This document shows positions 15,836-19,561 of a stretch of 19,561 bases of DNA, one piece after another; the stretch's first letter is position 1, and every line of letters begins with the position of its first letter. Both the position numbers and the translations under genes were made by a program. Below the pieces are notes generated by a model. That model made no database searches, had not been told where the DNA came from, and saw only the letters and a list, made by a program, of their open reading frames with translations. Location of the stretch: positions 1-19,561 of the IMG/VR virus record IMGVR_UViG_3300028887_000096. One strand, 5' to 3'. Origin of the DNA: a virus. Lineage: Duplodnaviria; Heunggongvirae; Uroviricota; Caudoviricetes.

Positions 15836-16250
15836 CCTTTCTGGCAAGCTCCCGCCTTATTTTCCATGACCGGTAGGAATACCAGATACGTAAAATCCTG
15901 CCATGCAGCCTGTGCAGCGCCAGGCGGATGCGCCAGGTGCGCGGATAGTCCTTGCGGTAGTTGTCACGCTCCCAATCGTCATAGATGCGGTCGGCAAACG
16001 CCATAGCCTCTTTTTGGGTGAGATCCCCGCCATAGCTGTCGCCGGTTATCGAACCGACGCATGCGCCGAAATATTCGCAACCTTGGCACATCGAGGATGC
16101 GTAAAAATTGCAGAAATCACACGGAAGGAACCTCTTTTCGGGGTCGTGGTTTGCAAATGCAGGCGGTTTGGGGGTATCGCTGACCTGTTCCTTGCCAGGC
16201 GGCAACAGGTCGGTCTTTTCGGAAAAGTTACATTCTTGATATTCAGCCAT
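15822..16250 (-). CDS. Hypothetical protein with a Cys-rich putative metal-binding cluster
   Basis: CDFC-x7-CQGC-x5-C and a basic, Trp-rich C-terminus. I moved the start from 16295 (inside a hairpin) to ATG 16250, just after the class A motif, giving 142 aa. Confidence 0.6.
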   Translation of the reverse strand: MAEYQECNFSEKTDLLPPGKEQVSDTPKPPAFANHDPEKRFLPCDFCNFYASSMCQGCEYFGACVGSITGDSYGGDLTQKEAMAFADRIYDDWERDNYRKDYPRTWRIRLALHRLHGRILRIWYSYRSWKIRRELARKAKNG

Positions 16251-16254
16251 GCCC

Positions 16255-16268
16255 GAAATATAGCAAAA
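16255..16268 (-). promoter_or_regulatory. Class A motif TTTTGCTATATTTC
   Basis: The minus strand reads ggTTTTGCTATATTTCgggcATG. TATATT ends 6 nt before the ATG. Confidence 0.65.
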
Positions 16269-16290
16269 CCCGCGGTGCGCCCGCGGGTTT
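16265..16290 (-). terminator. Intrinsic terminator downstream of the 16317-16796 gene
   Basis: AAACCCGCGG-5 nt-CCGCGGGTTT 10-bp stem (16266-16290). The minus-strand T-run is shared with the class A motif. Confidence 0.7.
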
Positions 16291-16316
16291 GCCATTAAAG
16301 GTGCCTGTCTGGGTCG

Positions 16317-16796
16317 TTAGTCGGCGACTGTCCAGAAGCCGAAATCAGCGCCGTCGCCTTCGTGGGCGCCGAAGTAGCATCCTTCCGGTGCGATGGTGTC
16401 CATCGACTTGAAGAGGTCTTCGAGGATGTCTCCGAGGTTTTCGTCAGGGATGGTCGCCGGGTCGATGGCTTCATACTGCTTGGCTTCTTCCGGGTTGTAC
16501 TGCTTCAGAACCGCGACGAACTTGGGGATGAGATCCGACGCGAGCATTGTGCCGGTCGAGATGCTCTTGTCGCGGAGTTCTTCCGTGTTGGCTCCCTGCG
16601 GTGCAGGGGTCGGGGCGGTGTTGGCTGCCGTGGCAGGGTCAGGTTCCGGGGTGGGTGTCGGTTCGGTGGCGAGTGTGTCGTCCTGTGCCTCGAAGATGGC
16701 CGAGGCAATCTGTTCGACGCGTTCTTGTTCCCCTACCGGGATGCGCACGCCGACACGCTGGATCGATTCGACGAGGAGCTTGGTTTTTTCGGACAT
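16317..16796 (-). CDS. Hypothetical protein with a Pro/Thr linker and a C-terminal APEGxYFGxHxGDGxDFGFW domain
   Basis: 159 aa, AGGA SD-like element upstream, EPTPTPEPDP linker, and SISTGTMLASDLIPKF...APEGCYFGAHEGDGADFGFW. Confidence 0.75.
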   Translation of the reverse strand: MSEKTKLLVESIQRVGVRIPVGEQERVEQIASAIFEAQDDTLATEPTPTPEPDPATAANTAPTPAPQGANTEELRDKSISTGTMLASDLIPKFVAVLKQYNPEEAKQYEAIDPATIPDENLGDILEDLFKSMDTIAPEGCYFGAHEGDGADFGFWTVAD

Positions 16797-16822
16797 CTTG
16801 CAATTCCTGTTGGTGTTTTATA

Positions 16823-16836
16823 CCCTAGTTTATAGT
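16823..16836 (-). promoter_or_regulatory. Class B motif ACTATAAACTAGGG
   Basis: Exact 14-nt match to 2545-2558. TATAAACTA ends 29 nt before ATG 16796. Confidence 0.65.
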
Positions 16837-16858
16837 GCCCGGACGTAGTCATAAAACC

Positions 16859-16865
16859 TAGTTTA
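16859..16865 (-). promoter_or_regulatory. Second, tandem class B motif TAAACTA(GG)
   Basis: The minus strand reads ccgTAAACTAGGtttt, 33 nt upstream of the previous copy. Confidence 0.45.
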
Positions 16866-16893
16866 CGGTCAGTAATCTACAAACGAGGCAAAA

Positions 16894-17571
16894 ATGAACT
16901 TTGCAGAAAAATTGACCAATGCCCAAGTTGGTCTCATCATCGGTGCCATCGCGGTAATCGTGATTCTCGTGGTGTGGCGCCTGGTCCATAAACGCATTGT
17001 GCGCGGTTCGGGTTTCCCGATCGACATCGCGCCGGAAGAGCCGAAGCCGGTGCTCGCTGACGAACAGCCGAGCATTTCCCAGGCGGACGTGAAGCCGACC
17101 GTGGTAATCCTCCCGGAAGACCCGCATCCCTATGCCAAGCCTATACTGGCGTCTGAGCCGATTGTCGTGGAAGCGCCTCCCGCCGATGCCGCCCCTGCTG
17201 ATACTACCCCCGATGCCGCCCCTGCCGAACCCGTTGAAGAATTGCCTGTAGAACTTACTCCCGTGACCCCGGAACCGCAGCCGGAACCCCAGATTGCCAC
17301 AGAACCGGAACCGCCGAAGGAAACGGTTGCTGTGGAAAATGCTCCGGTAAAACCCGTCCGCAAGCGCGTCAGGAAGGCTCCCGCCAAGGCCCCGTTCGCC
17401 AAGACGAAGAACCCTGCAAGGACGGTCACGAAGGCCACGCCGAAGAAGGTGACTGCGCCGAAGAAGGCAAAGACTTCTACGAAGAAGGCCGCGGACACCA
17501 AGAAGACGGCAAAGCCGGCAAAGACCACCAAGGCAGCGCCGGCCAAGAAGACCACCAAGAAGGCTAAGTAA
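16894..17571 (+). CDS. Membrane-anchored protein with an acidic Pro-rich linker and a Lys/Ala/Thr-rich histone H1-like tail
   Basis: TM segment LIIGAIAVIVILVVW, GAGG SD upstream, E/P-rich middle. The last 73 aa contain 24 Lys, 4 Arg and 1 Asp (hand count), with PAK/PKK/TKK units. Confidence 0.8.
   Translation: MNFAEKLTNAQVGLIIGAIAVIVILVVWRLVHKRIVRGSGFPIDIAPEEPKPVLADEQPSISQADVKPTVVILPEDPHPYAKPILASEPIVVEAPPADAAPADTTPDAAPAEPVEELPVELTPVTPEPQPEPQIATEPEPPKETVAVENAPVKPVRKRVRKAPAKAPFAKTKNPARTVTKATPKKVTAPKKAKTSTKKAADTKKTAKPAKTTKAAPAKKTTKKAK
17183..17225 (+). repeat. 16-nt direct repeat CCGATGCCGCCCCTGC (27-nt period) within the Pro-rich linker
   Basis: Copies at 17183-17198 and 17210-17225, each encoding DAAPA. 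Confidence 0.8.
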
Positions 17572-18005
17572 TGGCCGGAAAGGACTTCTGCTGCGGAAAG
17601 GCCATAATCACGGCCGGGGACTCTTCACTGAGTGCCCGGCTTCTCAAATATGGCCAGGAAGCCTACGCTGACCTGAAAAAGGAACAGCGGGTCATCATGT
17701 GGATTTTCGCCTGGATTGACGAGAAGAACATGTGCCAGAAGTGCCGTTCCGACTTTGCGGACATGATCGAGTGGTTCAACAAGTACGATCTGTTCGAGAA
17801 CCCGGCCCGGGCAGCCAGGCTCGTAATCGAAACCAAGCCCGAAAATAACAGAATCCTGGGAGACAGGGAGATAACCAAGCTGCCGCTATTCCTCTATTGC
17901 GACGAGCATGGGCGCATAATCGACGAGCGCTTCATGTTCCCGGAGGTCAAATGGCTGGAGCAGAATATCCTCCCTTACTTTCAGTCGGACGCGAGCATTT
18001 TCTAA
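17571..18005 (+). CDS. Thioredoxin-fold protein (CQKC)
   Basis: A hydrophobic strand WIFAW precedes CQKC and a helix. ITKLPLFLYCDEHGRII matches the cis-Pro loop and beta-hairpin of thioredoxins. TAATG overlaps on both sides. Confidence 0.65.
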   Translation: MAGKDFCCGKAIITAGDSSLSARLLKYGQEAYADLKKEQRVIMWIFAWIDEKNMCQKCRSDFADMIEWFNKYDLFENPARAARLVIETKPENNRILGDREITKLPLFLYCDEHGRIIDERFMFPEVKWLEQNILPYFQSDASIF

Positions 18006-19036
18006 TGGCAGAACTAAAGACATACGTTATCGGTTACTCGCTCGACGCGGTAATCAACGCGTGCATCCTGGCCGTGGAGGGCAAGGATGTGACATTCGTC
18101 AGGACGGGCGTCCTGGCGGAACCGATGGACTCCTACCACGACATGGTGACGACGAACTATGCCGCCGTGCTGGAACAGTTCCTCCCGGGCCTGGAATACA
18201 AGTATTACCGGAACCCGAGGCACATGTACCTCCCGTTCTCCAAGGTCAGCGTCACCAACCGCGACAACGGCATATTCAGGCTCCCGTTCTCCAAGTGCAC
18301 GTTCACGCCGGAGGAAGGCAAGAAGTTCGCCGAGGCCATGCAGCACCCGGACATCCAGAAGGCCTACGGGGACAAGTCCGGGACGCCCTCCATGCTCATT
18401 TCCGCCATGCGCAAGAACATGCCGCAGGAGTTCGTCGATACGTTCATCCGCCCGATGCAGCTGACCCGCTGGCGCGGCATCCCGCTCTCGTCGCTCACGA
18501 TGTATGGCTACCTCTACGAGATGCCCCTGGAACACTTCGGGGAGGATTTCGACGAGGCGTTCGCCAGGCCGAACATCCCGTTCGAGGAAATCGCCTCGCA
18601 GATGCTCGCAAGGTGCGCCATCGACCAGATGGAGATGCGCCCGGAGGCCGTCGGCGAGTTCGTGAAGAAGAAGGATGACTCCCGCGAGGTCTATATCATG
18701 GACAACCGCGTTGACCAGTTCTTCGACTATGTCTGCGGGCAGTTCGACCGCATCAAGATGACCTGTACCCAGACGGCATGCCCCAAGCTGCTCGCCCTCG
18801 CGAAGGACGGCATCTACTACACGCCGCTCCATGAATACTGGGGCCTGATGATTGACGGGGACTGCTGCTACAAGTATGAATCCGAGCTCGTGCAGACGCT
18901 CTACGGCACCGGCATCACCGAGATACCGCTGACCCGCACGAACGCGAAGACCTACGACGAATACCGGAAGATAGTGTCACGCTACGGTAAGATCACCCTT
19001 GACCTCGGCCAGCGCACCCTTACCCTCGTCAGGTAG
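18005..19036 (+). CDS. Highly diverged UDP-galactopyranose mutase (Glf)-like protein
   Basis: Blocks in UGM order: Rossmann-like YVIGYSLDAVINACILAVEGKDV, FRLPFS, TFIRPMQLTRWRG (cf. KFIKGYT.KQWG), RVDQFFDYVCGQF (cf. PIDEFFDY.FG.L), NAKTYDEYRK...LGQR (cf. N..LY..Y...F.GRL). I moved the start from 17897 to ATG 18005 (TAATG coupling), giving 343 aa. Confidence 0.6.
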   Translation: MAELKTYVIGYSLDAVINACILAVEGKDVTFVRTGVLAEPMDSYHDMVTTNYAAVLEQFLPGLEYKYYRNPRHMYLPFSKVSVTNRDNGIFRLPFSKCTFTPEEGKKFAEAMQHPDIQKAYGDKSGTPSMLISAMRKNMPQEFVDTFIRPMQLTRWRGIPLSSLTMYGYLYEMPLEHFGEDFDEAFARPNIPFEEIASQMLARCAIDQMEMRPEAVGEFVKKKDDSREVYIMDNRVDQFFDYVCGQFDRIKMTCTQTACPKLLALAKDGIYYTPLHEYWGLMIDGDCCYKYESELVQTLYGTGITEIPLTRTNAKTYDEYRKIVSRYGKITLDLGQRTLTLVR

Positions 19037-19342
19037 CGGCGCGAGGAGCGACTTTATGTGCTCCTGGACGAAGATGAACTCCCAGTTTATGCTGACTGGC
19101 TTTCGGTTATACACCGCCAGGACCAGCATGCCGTCGCGGTTCCGGGTGACCTCGAAATAGTCCTTCGTCTTGTCCGCGCATACGGTCACGACGAAGTCGG
19201 AATAGCGGTAGCCACGCATTCCCTTGTCATTTAGCTTTACCTCCATGGTCGCGCCGTGGAGGTTTTCTTTTACGAAACGGGTGCACTGGTCGCAGAATTC
19301 CTGCTGGTCCAGCGTAAGTATCAGGTTGTGCTCTTCTTTCAT
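18977..19342 (-). CDS. Hypothetical protein
   Basis: 121-aa ORF that is the plausible occupant of 19037-19342. Its 3' end overlaps the UGM-like gene by 60 nt. No motif recognised. Confidence 0.55.
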   Translation of the reverse strand: MKEEHNLILTLDQQEFCDQCTRFVKENLHGATMEVKLNDKGMRGYRYSDFVVTVCADKTKDYFEVTRNRDGMLVLAVYNRKPVSINWEFIFVQEHIKSLLAPLPDEGKGALAEVKGDLTVA

Positions 19343-19348
19343 GGCATC

Positions 19349-19375
19349 AAAAAAGGCGGCCCGCGAAGGCCGCCT
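19349..19375 (-). terminator. Intrinsic terminator after the Hsp20 gene
   Basis: The minus strand reads AGGCGGCC-TTCGCG-GGCCGCCT followed by TTTTT. Confidence 0.8.
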
Positions 19376-19390
19376 GGGATTGTGTTAGGT

Positions 19391-19561
19391 TTACATGACC
19401 GCGACCTTCACGCCCGTGGCACTTGCGCGGAGGTTCATCGTCACATGGAGGACGCCGTCCTTGAACGAGGCCTTGATCGAGTTTTCGTCGATGGGGAGCG
19501 GGAAGGGGAAGCTGAACTTGAACTTGCCGGAAAGGTAATCCGGTATGGTAATCTGCGATTC
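19391..19561 (-). CDS. Small heat-shock protein (Hsp20/alpha-crystallin family), C-terminal part; absent from the ORF track
   Basis: Hand translation: ESQITIPDYLSGKFKFSFPFPLPIDENSIKASFKDGVLHVTMNLRASATGVKVAVM*. It contains the F.F.LP..ID...IKASFKDGVL.V signature. Truncated by the window end. Confidence 0.85.
   Translation of the reverse strand, partial: ESQITIPDYLSGKFKFSFPFPLPIDENSIKASFKDGVLHVTMNLRASATGVKVAVM

Noticed and set aside
16251-16295. ORF-track start at 16295 for the Cys-rich gene
   Set aside because: The extension would translate a terminator hairpin and the promoter motif.
16894-17571. Calling the membrane protein an i-spanin or TonB
   Set aside because: It has no coiled-coil domain, no overlapping lipoprotein gene and no TonB C-terminal domain, and topology suggests a cytoplasmic tail.
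17897-18004. N-terminal extension of the UGM-like ORF, and ORF 18061-18678
   Set aside because: The extension overlaps the thioredoxin gene, while the TAATG at 18003-18007 puts the Rossmann-like strand at the N-terminus. ORF 18061-18678 is an out-of-frame shadow.
1-19561. Stop-codon reassignment (alternative genetic code), as in some large phages
   Set aside because: Genes are full length and tightly packed under the standard code, and TAA, TAG and TGA all end genes at sensible places.
1-19561. CRISPR array, tRNAs, introns/inteins, IS elements or DGR repeats
   Set aside because: I saw no regularly spaced repeats, cloverleaf, intein or homing-endonuclease motifs, transposase or TR/VR pair. 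Intergenic spaces are all under 100 nt.

Overview
This window looks like part of a large, GC-rich (roughly 55-60% by eye) T4-like myovirus or jumbo phage genome. No tRNA, rRNA, CRISPR array or mobile element was seen. Virion genes: a gp14-like neck protein transcribed divergently from a translationally coupled gp6-like and very large gp7/P2-gpI-like baseplate wedge pair. Enzymes and chaperones: a 5'-truncated classical AAA ATPase, a MoxR-like AAA+ ATPase, a Dda-like SF1B helicase coupled to a GT2 glycosyltransferase, a thioredoxin-fold protein, a strongly degenerate UDP-galactopyranose mutase homolog, and a partial Hsp20. Other genes: a holin-like membrane protein, a membrane-anchored protein with a histone H1-like tail, and several hypotheticals. 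The strongest signal outside the ORF track is two intergenic motifs. Class A, TTTTGCTATATTTC, sits a few nt before the ATG of three non-structural genes and suggests extended -10 promoters with leaderless mRNAs. Class B, (TA)TAAACTA, occurs six times upstream of structural or likely late genes and resembles the T4 late promoter TATAAATA. All product calls come from recognising motifs by eye; no database searches were run.
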